The notes under the pieces: generated by a model
Told to the model about the DNA's origin: nothing
Seen by the model: the letters and a program-made list of their open reading frames with translations, nothing else
Database searches by the model: none
In this document: positions 1 to 9,900 of the stretch, one piece after another
Layout: every line of letters starts with the position of its first letter
Position numbering within the stretch: the first letter of the stretch is position 1
From: a virus
Taxonomy: Duplodnaviria > Caudoviricetes
DNA: 40,645 nucleotides
Reading direction: 5' to 3' (one strand)
Virus record (IMG/VR): IMGVR_UViG_3300035562_000120
Coordinates: 1-40,645 of that record
Program-made: the position numbers and the translations under genes

Positions 1-243
1 ATGTTTGTAGAACTGGTTTTTGACCAACGTAATGTTAATGGTTTGCCTGACGCGGCAGAGATTATCAAAGCAGAATTGACTAAGCGGGTACACCGGATTT
101 TTCCCGATGCAGTGGTGAGAGTGAAGCCAATGCAGGCGAACGGCCTTAACTCCGATGCAAACAAAAGCGACAGAGAAAAACTCAATAGGATGTTGGAGGA
201 GATGTTCGAAGAAGCCGATGAGTGGCTGGTCACTGATATCTGA
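1..243 (+). CDS. DinI-like family protein
   Basis: 80 aa, MFVELVFDQRN...ELTKRVHRIFPDAVVRVKPMQAN...MLEEMFEEADEWL, the typical prophage DinI-like pattern at the tail end of lambdoid prophages. Confidence 0.85.
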   Translation: MFVELVFDQRNVNGLPDAAEIIKAELTKRVHRIFPDAVVRVKPMQANGLNSDANKSDREKLNRMLEEMFEEADEWLVTDI

Positions 244-485
244 TGGGTAGCCTCACTATTAATGGTAACAAGATCTTTTTTCTAACAGAAAATGATCGAT
301 ATCCGAAGCCGCGGGGGGATAGCGCGGAGATGTTTGCCATTCGGGAAGATGAAGAGAAACAACACTGGCTTTATATCTTACATAATCGACGCTGGCCACT
401 TGTCTCTGAAACACCTTTTTCAACACAGGGTGAAGCGATAGAGGCAGCGTTAGCATTCGACATAGCTGTACTCTATAAAAAATAG
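243..485 (+). CDS. Hypothetical protein, translationally coupled to the DinI-like gene
   Basis: 80-aa ORF with TGATG stop/start overlap, followed by a hairpin. Confidence 0.65.
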   Translation: MGSLTINGNKIFFLTENDRYPKPRGDSAEMFAIREDEEKQHWLYILHNRRWPLVSETPFSTQGEAIEAALAFDIAVLYKK

Positions 486-502
486 CCGGGTTATCCCCGG
501 CT
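484..502. terminator. Probable bidirectional terminator between convergent genes
   Basis: Inverted repeat agccggg-ttatc-cccggct with an A-run on the left, between convergent stop codons. Confidence 0.6.
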
Positions 503-512
503 GCTATTACAG

Positions 513-1283
513 TTAGAATGGCGTCCAGTCGAACTGGTACTTCAGCACTTCACGAACCCACGCACGAAACTTCGCAACTTCATCCGCAGTTAATGCAATG
601 CTAAAAATCGCTGCCATCCCGATATCAGAAGGCTTACCGTTAACCGAACCTAATAGCCCGCCCAGTGAGCCAATCATGATTCGCCCGCCAATATCCACAC
701 GGGCACCGGCAGGCAGTCCATATGCCACAGCATTAGAGGCACCGTCTTGGTTCAGCCAGACATTCCCCCCGTTAAGCTGCGGTGAACTACGGCACTCGGC
801 TAAAGCCCAGGTGCCTGGGTTATACGGCAATGACGATTGGAATAACGATTTCGAACCGTCGGCATTAACCACGGCATTATTGTAATAAAATTGGTTAGGG
901 CGAAACATCATGCCCGTGCCTTGACTGGTTCCACCACCCGGCGCGATACCATTAAAATTCGACATTAAAGCGCTTTCTTCTTTCGGGTCTGGTGCCTTGG
1001 CTAAGCAAATCATGGTCATTGAATCAGTCTGAGCTACGCCACTGTCAATGTAGTTGGTTGAGCTATTAAACGTGGTGTAGGTGCCGTGCGGCACAGGCTT
1101 ACCAATCACCCTCCCAGGCGGCTTACCTCGCACTAAATTTCTCGTCAGGTTTCCCGTGTCACCACAATAAAAATTGAGGTATTCCAATCCGCGCATGATC
1201 GGCGTTGTGACGCTCTTCGCTCGAGAGATCGCTCGGGAGTTGTTGGAAACGATAGTGATACCGAGATCGACTAAATCAGTCAT
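513..1283 (-). CDS. Tail-fibre-associated protein, probable concanavalin A/LamG-like beta-sandwich
   Basis: 256 aa, overlaps the tail fibre stop by 8 nt; beta-rich, C-terminal 'IMIG...DIGMAAIFSIALTADEV' resembles the LamG-type ending. Confidence 0.6.
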   Translation of the reverse strand: MTDLVDLGITIVSNNSRAISRAKSVTTPIMRGLEYLNFYCGDTGNLTRNLVRGKPPGRVIGKPVPHGTYTTFNSSTNYIDSGVAQTDSMTMICLAKAPDPKEESALMSNFNGIAPGGGTSQGTGMMFRPNQFYYNNAVVNADGSKSLFQSSLPYNPGTWALAECRSSPQLNGGNVWLNQDGASNAVAYGLPAGARVDIGGRIMIGSLGGLLGSVNGKPSDIGMAAIFSIALTADEVAKFRAWVREVLKYQFDWTPF

Positions 1284-3555
1284 TTTTTACCGCCTGTATT
1301 CTGTACGCGCAGCTCGCGTTGTTCAGTGGATAGGGTTTATTCACATAGGCCGGCAGGTTTGCGGCTGCATACTGGCCGGTACCTTCCCGATACTCATAGT
1401 TGTAAAGTGCTCGGGTCGTGTCGGAATCGAACAGGTTGCCATCGCCACCGTACGTCCCCTGTCCGGCATACCAGACGTATACCGGCGCGATGAGGTCACG
1501 CTGTGCGGTGATCCGCGTAATCGTGTCTGCGGCGATTTCTACACTCGCGATCGCTGCATCTCCCTGCGCATCAGTGATGCGATACCCTTTATTCTGAAAC
1601 ATCGTTGGGGTAATGGTGCTGAATGTCTCCCGCCACTGGAGAGGAGGACTCCAGACCAGGTGATCAACGAGGGCTTCCCGACCGGAAAAAGTTGCCCCCG
1701 CCGGTAGCGTGGGGAACCAGTCAAGCCGTCGGTCGGCAACCTGATGCATGACCTTCCCTATCTGCTGCCCGAGCCAACGGTACCCGTTAGGGTCACGGTG
1801 CCCACCGGGCTTAGACGGAACTGGTGCTTCCGGCCCTGCAAGAAACACATTGTCACGCTCATTTTGCATTTCGATATGAGCCATACCGATCGACAAATTC
1901 GTTGTGTCACGAGTGTAATTATCGCCTGTCTGCATTGTGATAAAGAACGGGCGCTCTCTTACACCAAAAATTGCCGGGTTTTCTGAAGCGATATCATCAA
2001 ACAGCGTGCCAAGTTTCGCCTTGTACTGGTCTTTGTCAGTCGTTCCATCGGTACCCAGGTAATTCCACTGATTGCCGTTGTAGACGCAACCGGCGATACC
2101 GCATGTTAACGTGCGGCCAACCTCTGCAGATTTCGTATCCACCAGCGCCTTAATATTGTTCAGCGCCTTCAGCACACGATTTTCATAGTGCTGCGACGGG
2201 GCACCTTTCGACAGTTGCTCAACAGAACGACCGGCGACGGCACAATTGACTACGATGATTTTCCGGTTTGGGTTATCCGTCATGCCCTGAAGCTGCAATT
2301 GAAGTGCCCGCCACAAATGAACCGCACTGACCGCGCTGTCCTCCCCCTCACTGGTATCTCCAGGTTGTAAAGCAGCAACTTGTTCATCGGTAATGCCAAG
2401 TCCGTTTGTGCCTTGAACAACTGCTCTCAGGGGCTGGAATATATTTGCTCCCAACGGTGCATAAGTGCCGCTGCGGGAATTACCCCGAGTCGAATTGCCA
2501 ACCATCAACAGATTTTCGATTTCCCTGGCAACTTTGGTCAATGCCGGCCATCCCTCCATCGCCGAAGCGAGCGACTGGCCATAAACCAAAATGATGCAGT
2601 AATCCCAAATGGCCCCGGCAATATCGTACGTGATGCCTTTCGATTTTCTGAACATCGCCGCCAACTTGTTTCGGTTGTCCCTTTCCAGCAGGGAATTGCT
2701 CGGCTCTGGTGGTTTCGGTGGTTCAGGATCGGCTGCTGGAGTGTCTTCTGGCTGAAACTCAAACGACTGCAGATCCATCAAGATAAAACGTCCCTCGACG
2801 TTCGTTTTTATGGAGAAAGCCTCGTTAATTATCGCATCAGTCGCAACACGTACTCTTGTCGTGCCAAAGGCTCCGCCCTTTTCGATTTCGAATTCAGAAA
2901 AGCCGTTCGGATCGCGAATGGCCGCAGCGAGATCAGCCTTATCATCCCTGAGTGAGTTCGCCACTTTTTCCACAGCGTTTCCGCTGGTTGTAAAAACGCC
3001 GGTCGGTGTCAGCACTTTGTTAACGTTGTGGTATTCGTCAGAAATATGGCCGTCAATAGTAGAGCGAACCCAGATGTACTCTCGGGTTTCTACACCACCG
3101 TTAACAGCATCCTGCGCTTTCGTTAGCGTTGGGTATGCGTCAATTCCAGCCTGTGCAGCATCTGCTGATGCCTTTGCATCATCCCGTGCCTCTCTGGCTT
3201 GCTGCGCATACACGGCGGCGGCGGCCCGCATATCATCAACTATTGCCACAATCGCTGGCGTTAATTCCTCTTGCCCAGGGCTGGTCAGAAAATCATTAAG
3301 CGTCCCTGGCTTTGAGTCGCTATAAACAGTGATCTGCCCTACTTTCTCGAAAGGACGCCCATACGCCTCAATCATTACGTTATGCGTGCCTACTTCCACT
3401 GATAACGAATAGCTACCATCTGCGCCGGTCGTAGAACTTGACGGGGCCAGGTGAACTACTGCCGATGACGTTTTGACCGCTGTCAGCATAATGGTTACAC
3501 CGGGGCGTGGATCGCCATTCGGGCCGATGAGTTTACCGCTGATTAAAACAGCCAT
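1276..3555 (-). CDS. Tail fibre/spike with N-terminal prophage tail-fibre attachment domain and C-terminal SGNH-type (acetyl)esterase domain
   Basis: N-terminus MAVLISGKLIGPNG...GSYSLSVEVG...ITVYSDSKPGTLNDFL matches the Stf-like attachment domain; motifs YGQS, AVAGRS, NGNQ and GGH fit SGNH blocks I, II, III and V. Confidence 0.8.
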   Translation of the reverse strand: MAVLISGKLIGPNGDPRPGVTIMLTAVKTSSAVVHLAPSSSTTGADGSYSLSVEVGTHNVMIEAYGRPFEKVGQITVYSDSKPGTLNDFLTSPGQEELTPAIVAIVDDMRAAAAVYAQQAREARDDAKASADAAQAGIDAYPTLTKAQDAVNGGVETREYIWVRSTIDGHISDEYHNVNKVLTPTGVFTTSGNAVEKVANSLRDDKADLAAAIRDPNGFSEFEIEKGGAFGTTRVRVATDAIINEAFSIKTNVEGRFILMDLQSFEFQPEDTPAADPEPPKPPEPSNSLLERDNRNKLAAMFRKSKGITYDIAGAIWDYCIILVYGQSLASAMEGWPALTKVAREIENLLMVGNSTRGNSRSGTYAPLGANIFQPLRAVVQGTNGLGITDEQVAALQPGDTSEGEDSAVSAVHLWRALQLQLQGMTDNPNRKIIVVNCAVAGRSVEQLSKGAPSQHYENRVLKALNNIKALVDTKSAEVGRTLTCGIAGCVYNGNQWNYLGTDGTTDKDQYKAKLGTLFDDIASENPAIFGVRERPFFITMQTGDNYTRDTTNLSIGMAHIEMQNERDNVFLAGPEAPVPSKPGGHRDPNGYRWLGQQIGKVMHQVADRRLDWFPTLPAGATFSGREALVDHLVWSPPLQWRETFSTITPTMFQNKGYRITDAQGDAAIASVEIAADTITRITAQRDLIAPVYVWYAGQGTYGGDGNLFDSDTTRALYNYEYREGTGQYAAANLPAYVNKPYPLNNASCAYRIQAVKND

Positions 3556-3567
3556 ATTTTCTCCAGT

Positions 3568-3589
3568 AAAAAACCCGCCGAAGCGGGTT
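3568..3589 (-). terminator. Intrinsic terminator after J
   Basis: aacccgc-ttcg-gcgggtttttt on the minus strand. Confidence 0.75.
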
Positions 3590-3599
3590 GTTATTTCAA

Positions 3600-6500
3600 T
3601 TATGGGTATTCAACAGAGAAGCCACTATTTTGAGGTGTGGCCCAAATCATGACCGTATACTGTGTGGACTCTCCGGCTCCTTGGTTTAGTGCGCCAGCAT
3701 GCACATTAATATCAAGACCTTCACCTTTCGCTACGTCTCTGGAAAAATTGAACATAGTCGTATATGAATAGCTACTTGCAGAATCTCCGTTCCTTGCGAT
3801 ATATAACCCATCTACGGCAGAACCCTCATTACCGTTGAAGTAGATTTTTGTTTTCTGCTGGCGACTCATGACGGCCATAACATAACCATAAATCCGCATA
3901 GGCATTAGCGGATTGCCTTCATAGCGTATTATTCTTTGGCCGTTTGTATTGGCAATTGTGAAACCGAATGTATTACCTTGGACAAGGTTACCTTCAATAT
4001 TAGCGGCGGAAAGTTTACCTTCAATAGTACAGTTTTCAAGAATGTGACAATTACTAAATGTCCCATTATTAAATTCACCTGAAGTTGCCGTTATTGTTCC
4101 ACGAATATAACAGTTGTTAAATGATGCCCAGCCGGTCTTATCAATCAACCAACCTGTTTTCCCTGTATCCCAATCATAATTAGAAGATGAAATCCAATCG
4201 CCAATTTTGGCATTGGTTATTGATGCATCCTTAATAAATGCCGAATTTATGAAAACTTGATTATTTTCAATCGCGAATGGGACTGATATTTCAGAACCCT
4301 GTCCATCCGCTGTATTCAGCACGGCGAACCGATCAGCCAGTATCAGTACCTGGCTCTGCATCCCTTCAGGGGTATTTTCAACGCCAACGCCGATCCCGGC
4401 AGTGTACAGCTTACCGTCAATGGTCTGGCCCACTTTGACCGACCACATATCCTTCAGCTTACCGGCATCTTCGACAGGCCCCAGCAGCTCCTGCCCCAGC
4501 TCCGTTTCAGTGATTTTCCCTTTGAGATAGTCCAGAACCTCGCTGGCGTCGTCACTCGACGTACCCTGTACCCAGCTTGTCCACGGCCCAGCATTCCCGA
4601 GCTTATCCACGAGACGCGCCTGGAACCAGAAATTAACACCAGCGGACAGGCCTGTCATCGTGTGGCTGCGCTGCGGGTAGGCATAGTCACCCAGGTGCAT
4701 TTTGTTGCTGCCATCTGAGTTCTGGCTATACCAGATTTCAGTCCGCTGCGTATCCTCGGCGCCGAGCGGGAATTCCCAATTCAAGACAATGCCGAACACC
4801 TGGCCGATCGTCGTGAAGCTGGCCAGCGCCGGCGGATCCCCCTGCTTGCCAGTCAGCGCCATTTCTGGCGCATTCGCCCATACGCTGGAAATTTCAGAAG
4901 GGTTAATGGCACGCACACGCGCCTGATAGCGGCCAGCATAAATGCCGGAAACCTCAAACCCGAGAGTTGACGTGCGCGGCGCAGGTATCCAGTTGCCGTT
5001 GTCCCTACGCCACTCGGCCTCGTAGGCAATAGCGCTTTCTGCTCTGTTCCACGTGACGCGCAGTGTCGCAACAGCGAGCCCCTGTATTACCGCTGAGGAT
5101 TCGCCAATCTGGACGTTGGTCGGCGGCGGCTGCACACCAGGTGGAATAACGCTGATCGGCGGGTCTTCGATTCGAGCGCCAGTATCAATTTTCGCGTATT
5201 TATTCGGGTCATGTTCGACTGCGGTAATATCAAACGATACCCCGTCATCGCCTTCTTTAATGCCGGTAACGCGGAACTGTTGCAGGGCGAGGTCTGACGC
5301 GTCAACTGCCCATACAGCCTCGGCAACCGGCGTTTCAGAATACGCCGTCGTGACCGTAACGGTTTTACCCGATACCGCCGCAATGGTTCTCCCCTCGGCC
5401 TTTCCGCTTGGAAGATTCAGAATTAACCGCTCACCGACTGCTGCGGAGGAAACCCGGTCAAGATTGACATTGCGGCCATCCACTGACGACACTCGGCCAC
5501 CTAGCGAACGGCCCGCCAGCATTTCATCCGCGATAGCAATAACCCAACCCGGCAGAGGTACTTTGCCATCAAGGCCAACGGTGAACGATACCAGGCGATC
5601 TTTATCGTTGGTGTGTAGCAGCCATTTACCACGACGAATCCCCTCAGACTTTCGAGTGCACCCAATGGCTGTTAGATTGGCCTGCTTGATACCATAACGC
5701 CGTATCAGTGACTGCTCTGCGACTGGTTCTATAGCGTCTTGATAACCGTTTGCCGGGTTGCTCCAACTGACCATGCAGGTGCTGTAGTGCGTTTTCTCAC
5801 TGGCGCTGGAATAAGTAAATTTTCCATCTTTAACGTTGGCGCGGGTAAAGATGTATTTAACATCGGCGGGCATGTCGGCCAGGACATTCATACCGTTATT
5901 TGCCCAAAAGGTAGAGCCGCGATAAATGGACGCTATGTCACGCAATACGTTCCAGGCATCCTCTTGTGACTGGATATAAACGTCACAAAGAAAACGTGGC
6001 TCTTTCCCATCACCACCGCGCCCATCAGGTACCAACTGATCGCAGTACTGCCCGATCTGATACAAGTCCCATTTTGTCAGCGAGAGGTTTTCCGCCTTAA
6101 TTCGGGTTCCTATCGAGAACCGGTCATTTATCATCAGGTCATACGTTATCCAGGCGGGATTATTAGTCCAGGCTGTTTTAAATGTGCCATCCCATGTGCC
6201 GGTATATTCCCGTGTCTCTGGGTTGTAATTCGATGGCACCCTGACGATGCGCCCTTTTGGCTCACTGGATATTTGGGGAATATTGGGGAACTGTTTTGCA
6301 TCAAACTGGATAAACAGCAATGCTGTTTCTGGGTAGCGGAGTTTGGCATCAATCGTTTCAGTGATGGCTTCTACAACCATCTTATCAGCGACGCGGTTAC
6401 TTGTGCTGTTCGGTGTCAAGCGACGAACGCGAACCTGCCAGCCTGTTAAAGCCGGGGGTAAATCGATACGGTGGCTACGTTCATATTTTGTCGTCGTTTT

Positions 6501-6989
6501 GCCATCAACAGCCGTACGTAATACCTCTTGATACGCCCCTCCATCGGTAGCAATGTCGATCGCGTACTCTATGCGATATCCAATCACATCACCGTTATCT
6601 TGCTGCTGTTGTAATTGTGACCACGAAAATCGCAGCCGTACGGCTGAAAGCTGAGTATTCGTTACTGCACGCACCCAGTCCCGCTCACTGGTCAGTTCGG
6701 TGCTTACAGCAATTTCATTTTCTACATCCGGCATGCCAGGAATGTAATCTTGATGCGGCGTGCCAGGACGAAACTCCCATTTCACACCTGGAAAGTTTTC
6801 CGTACCATCAGCAGAGGTCAGCGGTGTTCCATCAAGAAAAATACGGGTGCCATCGAGTTCACCGGCAAACTCACCTTCACCTAGCGCCAGGAGTATTTTT
6901 GCATAAGAGGTGGACTGCAAAGAGTCGGGTGATTCTGTCGGCGTGCTCGGGCTACTGCTGCCACCTTTCCGGCCTTCAATAACGTGCAT
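3600..6989 (-). CDS. Tail tip / host specificity protein J
   Basis: 1129 aa, lambda-J-like N-terminus (IEGRKGG...PDSLQS...LGEGE), WTNNPAW, EPRFLCD, FN3-like segments and 'ADRFAV'; AT-rich variable C-terminus. Confidence 0.95.
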   Translation of the reverse strand: MHVIEGRKGGSSSPSTPTESPDSLQSTSYAKILLALGEGEFAGELDGTRIFLDGTPLTSADGTENFPGVKWEFRPGTPHQDYIPGMPDVENEIAVSTELTSERDWVRAVTNTQLSAVRLRFSWSQLQQQQDNGDVIGYRIEYAIDIATDGGAYQEVLRTAVDGKTTTKYERSHRIDLPPALTGWQVRVRRLTPNSTSNRVADKMVVEAITETIDAKLRYPETALLFIQFDAKQFPNIPQISSEPKGRIVRVPSNYNPETREYTGTWDGTFKTAWTNNPAWITYDLMINDRFSIGTRIKAENLSLTKWDLYQIGQYCDQLVPDGRGGDGKEPRFLCDVYIQSQEDAWNVLRDIASIYRGSTFWANNGMNVLADMPADVKYIFTRANVKDGKFTYSSASEKTHYSTCMVSWSNPANGYQDAIEPVAEQSLIRRYGIKQANLTAIGCTRKSEGIRRGKWLLHTNDKDRLVSFTVGLDGKVPLPGWVIAIADEMLAGRSLGGRVSSVDGRNVNLDRVSSAAVGERLILNLPSGKAEGRTIAAVSGKTVTVTTAYSETPVAEAVWAVDASDLALQQFRVTGIKEGDDGVSFDITAVEHDPNKYAKIDTGARIEDPPISVIPPGVQPPPTNVQIGESSAVIQGLAVATLRVTWNRAESAIAYEAEWRRDNGNWIPAPRTSTLGFEVSGIYAGRYQARVRAINPSEISSVWANAPEMALTGKQGDPPALASFTTIGQVFGIVLNWEFPLGAEDTQRTEIWYSQNSDGSNKMHLGDYAYPQRSHTMTGLSAGVNFWFQARLVDKLGNAGPWTSWVQGTSSDDASEVLDYLKGKITETELGQELLGPVEDAGKLKDMWSVKVGQTIDGKLYTAGIGVGVENTPEGMQSQVLILADRFAVLNTADGQGSEISVPFAIENNQVFINSAFIKDASITNAKIGDWISSSNYDWDTGKTGWLIDKTGWASFNNCYIRGTITATSGEFNNGTFSNCHILENCTIEGKLSAANIEGNLVQGNTFGFTIANTNGQRIIRYEGNPLMPMRIYGYVMAVMSRQQKTKIYFNGNEGSAVDGLYIARNGDSASSYSYTTMFNFSRDVAKGEGLDINVHAGALNQGAGESTQYTVMIWATPQNSGFSVEYP

Positions 6990-7004
6990 TATTTTCTCCA
7001 GGCG

Positions 7005-7029
7005 TAAAAAAACCCGCCGGAGCGGGTTC
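7005..7029 (-). terminator. Intrinsic terminator after I
   Basis: aacccgc-tccg-gcgggttttttt on the minus strand. Confidence 0.75.
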
Positions 7030-7049
7030 AGTAAATCAAGGGGGATTAA

Positions 7050-7664
7050 TTACTGCTGGTCTTCTGCATAAATACCAGCTGAGATAATGGCACCGCCAAT
7101 ACGGGGGCGACCGTAGTCGATCGAAACAGGGTTGCCTTGCGCAATAGTATTCACTGGGCCACCGAAAGCGTATGACGGCTTGTTGTCTGGGTCTTGCCGT
7201 GAAGCTAATCCACCTTGCATGGGAGAAAGCATTTGCATTACACCACCGAGCATCATACCTACACCGGATGAAATTAACCCTGATGCGGCAAACCCTCCCA
7301 CGCCAGTCCAGCCAGCCAAAACGCCAACCACTACCCCAACTACGACAAGAACCGCACCTAATATCGTCTGAAAAACACCGGCTTTTTTACTCCCAATAAC
7401 AACAGGAGCTATACGTATGTCAGCCCCATTAGAAGGGAAGGATAAATCATCCTTTGCGAGGTTACGCTTTCCTTCGAAAACAGCGAATGTGAGTCCCCTT
7501 TCCTTGCTCTCTAAAAGAAATTTTTGCAACTCTGGAAAATTAACGCATAAAGCTTTAATAGCCTCTTGAGGGCTATCTACAGCAAAGCGATGAATACGCC
7601 CAAATTTTTCACCAAGCGCACCATAAAGACGGATTATTTTTACTTCTGGAATTAATATCGGCAT
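7050..7664 (-). CDS. Tail assembly protein I
   Basis: IRLYGALGEKFGR...IRIAPVVIGSK...SYAFGGPVNT...IISAGI, lambda gpI family pattern; position before J. Confidence 0.93.
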   Translation of the reverse strand: MPILIPEVKIIRLYGALGEKFGRIHRFAVDSPQEAIKALCVNFPELQKFLLESKERGLTFAVFEGKRNLAKDDLSFPSNGADIRIAPVVIGSKKAGVFQTILGAVLVVVGVVVGVLAGWTGVGGFAASGLISSGVGMMLGGVMQMLSPMQGGLASRQDPDNKPSYAFGGPVNTIAQGNPVSIDYGRPRIGGAIISAGIYAEDQQ

Positions 7665-7675
7665 ATTTCACCCAT

Positions 7676-7698
7676 AAAAAAACCCGCCGTGGCGGGTT
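7676..7698 (-). terminator. Intrinsic terminator after the lipoprotein moron
   Basis: aacccgc-cacg-gcgggttttttt on the minus strand. Confidence 0.75.
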
Positions 7699-7702
7699 GA
7701 GT

Positions 7703-8041
7703 TTAAATACATTCTCTTGCTGACAAACCCCAGGGATCACCAATCCCCCTTGACTGTGCGTAGATATCAATCTGACTACTACCCTCACTACTTTCATTTA
7801 TTTTTGCGAGAGAAACAGCGCCAATCAATGAGTTGTCGGCTGATAGTTGATACCCGGTCTCAGTTTCAATCATCTTGGTTGTTGGGTTAAGGTTCTGCCA
7901 TTTTGGAGCAAGGCATTGCGTATATTTCTGAGGTGTTTTCTTGCTGTGCCCAGAAAATATAGGTTTCTGCTTAGCAAGCTGTTCTGTCATACACCCAGAT
8001 AGAAGAAGTGAGATTAATGCTGTTATTACAATTTTTTTCAT
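7703..8041 (-). CDS. Lipoprotein moron inserted between tail genes K and I
   Basis: MKK + hydrophobic stretch + lipobox LLSG-C; lower GC; own terminator and an extended -10 (TGcTATGAT, 8071-8079) upstream. Confidence 0.8.
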   Translation of the reverse strand: MKKIVITALISLLLSGCMTEQLAKQKPIFSGHSKKTPQKYTQCLAPKWQNLNPTTKMIETETGYQLSADNSLIGAVSLAKINESSEGSSQIDIYAQSRGIGDPWGLSARECI

Positions 8042-8084
8042 CGTGATATCCCTTTGCTGAATATCACAACATCATAGCAGCAGA

Positions 8085-8789
8085 TCAGCCTTTGTAACGC
8101 AAAACGGTGATCGTCCGTTCTAACCAGTAACCACCATAGGGCACCCGGTTACTGAGCTGGCCGTACATGTGATGTAACATGATGCCATCGCCCAGATAAA
8201 CCGCCGCATGGTTTGGCTCTTCCGCTTTCACCTGCATAACGATTACGTCGCCAATCTGGATCTCCCCGGATGCCGGTACAAAACCTGCATCAGCGTAGAG
8301 TTTCATATAGAGGTTTTCACCCCGATCCCACCAGCCATCGTCACGCGGATAGTTCGGTAGGGTGATATCACGCTCAAGCTGATACCAATCACGAATAATG
8401 GCGTAACAGTCCCAGAAACCGTGCACGAACGGACGGCCCAGCAACGGCTTAATACCCTGCGTTGGCATGATTTCCCGAATATCTCCCTCCGGCCAACTGG
8501 CGATGATCCACGGCAATTGTGAGAGGTCACACTGCGCAATATCGAGTTGACTGGGTTGGGTGGTAGCGTCGGGGTGGCTGTGAGCAATCGCAACAATTGT
8601 GCCACCATCCTCAGCGGCGGCGTAATCCTCTGGTGCCAGGCTAAACTGTTCAGTGGGCTCCGGTGCCAGATTACGACATGGAACGTAACGCTGGCGGCGT
8701 CCGTTTTGCACCACCAGCCCACAACACTCTCGCGGATACTCAGCCGCAGCGTGCGCCAGAACAGCACTGATTATCTGTTTTCGCATCAT
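8085..8789 (-). CDS. Tail assembly protein K (JAB + NlpC/P60)
   Basis: YPRECCG, HSHP (JAB), DCY and NHAAVYLGDGIMLHH (NlpC); start moved to ATG 8789 overlapping the L stop. Confidence 0.93.
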   Translation of the reverse strand: MMRKQIISAVLAHAAAEYPRECCGLVVQNGRRQRYVPCRNLAPEPTEQFSLAPEDYAAAEDGGTIVAIAHSHPDATTQPSQLDIAQCDLSQLPWIIASWPEGDIREIMPTQGIKPLLGRPFVHGFWDCYAIIRDWYQLERDITLPNYPRDDGWWDRGENLYMKLYADAGFVPASGEIQIGDVIVMQVKAEEPNHAAVYLGDGIMLHHMYGQLSNRVPYGGYWLERTITVLRYKG

Positions 8790-9538
8790 TACCTCTTCAG
8801 CAATGCTGAGCCGGGGAAACCACCAAATGGCAGTTGCTCTGTTGCACCCCAGCGTTTTTTGCAATCGCTGAGCAGACCGCCGCAAACATCTTTTGACGGG
8901 TCGTCCACTGGATTGCCATCCTGATCAAAATAGTTTGTGCCGGTATAACCACAGGATGGGCCTCTGTATTGCCCTCGAATGCACCAGGTGCACAGGCTAT
9001 GGATTTGGCGCGTTGGGATTTGGATACCCTGCAGGTCTGCCGGCGAGGACAACTGAAACTGAATCACCTCGTCGTCTTCGCTGTTTTTGTTCTCGATATA
9101 GAAAACATCCAGCTTTTCCTTTGTCGGATCAGCCTCCGGATTTCCGTCCGGGTAATTCCGCGCATCCAGATATTGAGCAAAGGTAAAATGCCGGGTGACT
9201 CTGGCCTGCGCCATGTTTTGATACGCCAGGCACATGGCGGAAATGGTTCCATCAAGGTTTGCCACGCTCAACGTGGGCGTCGGTGCGCTGCCATCGCTGG
9301 TGACTTCAAACCCTTCCGCTTGCACTGGCCACGGCTTGTACTCCTTCCCTTGCCACCAGATGGACTTAGCCGGCAGCAAGTTCGGATCACTGCCAGCGGC
9401 AACCAGCTCCTCTTCTGTATACGGGATCGGATAGTTATGAAAAAGCAGCTCAGGCCCGTCGAACATGCTTCCGTCCACATGGAACAGATACACCCGTTTC
9501 CCCGGTGCCAGTAGCTGCAGGTCTGCGTTAATACTCAT
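8789..9538 (-). CDS. Minor tail protein L
   Basis: WWQGKEYKPWP, PTLSVANL, C-terminal Cys cluster CTWC...CGY...C...C and FGGFP. Confidence 0.95.
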   Translation of the reverse strand: MSINADLQLLAPGKRVYLFHVDGSMFDGPELLFHNYPIPYTEEELVAAGSDPNLLPAKSIWWQGKEYKPWPVQAEGFEVTSDGSAPTPTLSVANLDGTISAMCLAYQNMAQARVTRHFTFAQYLDARNYPDGNPEADPTKEKLDVFYIENKNSEDDEVIQFQLSSPADLQGIQIPTRQIHSLCTWCIRGQYRGPSCGYTGTNYFDQDGNPVDDPSKDVCGGLLSDCKKRWGATEQLPFGGFPGSALLKR

Positions 9539-9546
9539 GGAAAGCC

Positions 9547-9900
9547 CTATGGTCGATTTGCAGTTTCAAACGTTGCGGCGAGCTGGTACATCGGTTCACC
9601 GCGAGAGTTTTTCCCCATCGCAGTAACCTGATGCCCGTTGCAGGTGTACAGTCCCAGCTCGAAAAGCGGATTTCTCCATTTGAAGGCCCGAAAGCCCTCG
9701 TGCCGTTTCAGGAATTTGCGGATACCGACGATGTACTGCCAATTGCCGACGAACGTCAGCGGCCAGCTCTGGTGCTCTCCGTTAATGCCGTCGCCGGACT
9801 GCTGTTTGTAACCATCGCCGAATTGCACCTCGCGCACCCGTTGGGTGATATCCCCGGTAGGGTTTACCCTGGGGCTATAGACAAATTCTTCCAATATCAT
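9547..9900 (-). CDS. Minor tail protein M
   Basis: VREVQFGDGYKQ...GING...FLKRHEG..AFKW, gpM family; follows the tape measure gene. Confidence 0.92.
   Translation of the reverse strand: MILEEFVYSPRVNPTGDITQRVREVQFGDGYKQQSGDGINGEHQSWPLTFVGNWQYIVGIRKFLKRHEGFRAFKWRNPLFELGLYTCNGHQVTAMGKNSRGEPMYQLAATFETANRP

Noticed and set aside
513-7000. Diversity-generating retroelement or invertible tail-fibre cassette
   Set aside because: No reverse transcriptase, invertase, TR/VR pair or flanking inverted repeats seen
8790-8885. N-terminal extensions given by the ORF track for K, NinG, helicase, holin, MTase, CII-like, cI and others
   Set aside because: They overlap upstream genes or regulatory sites; internal starts with SD and family-typical N-termini fit better
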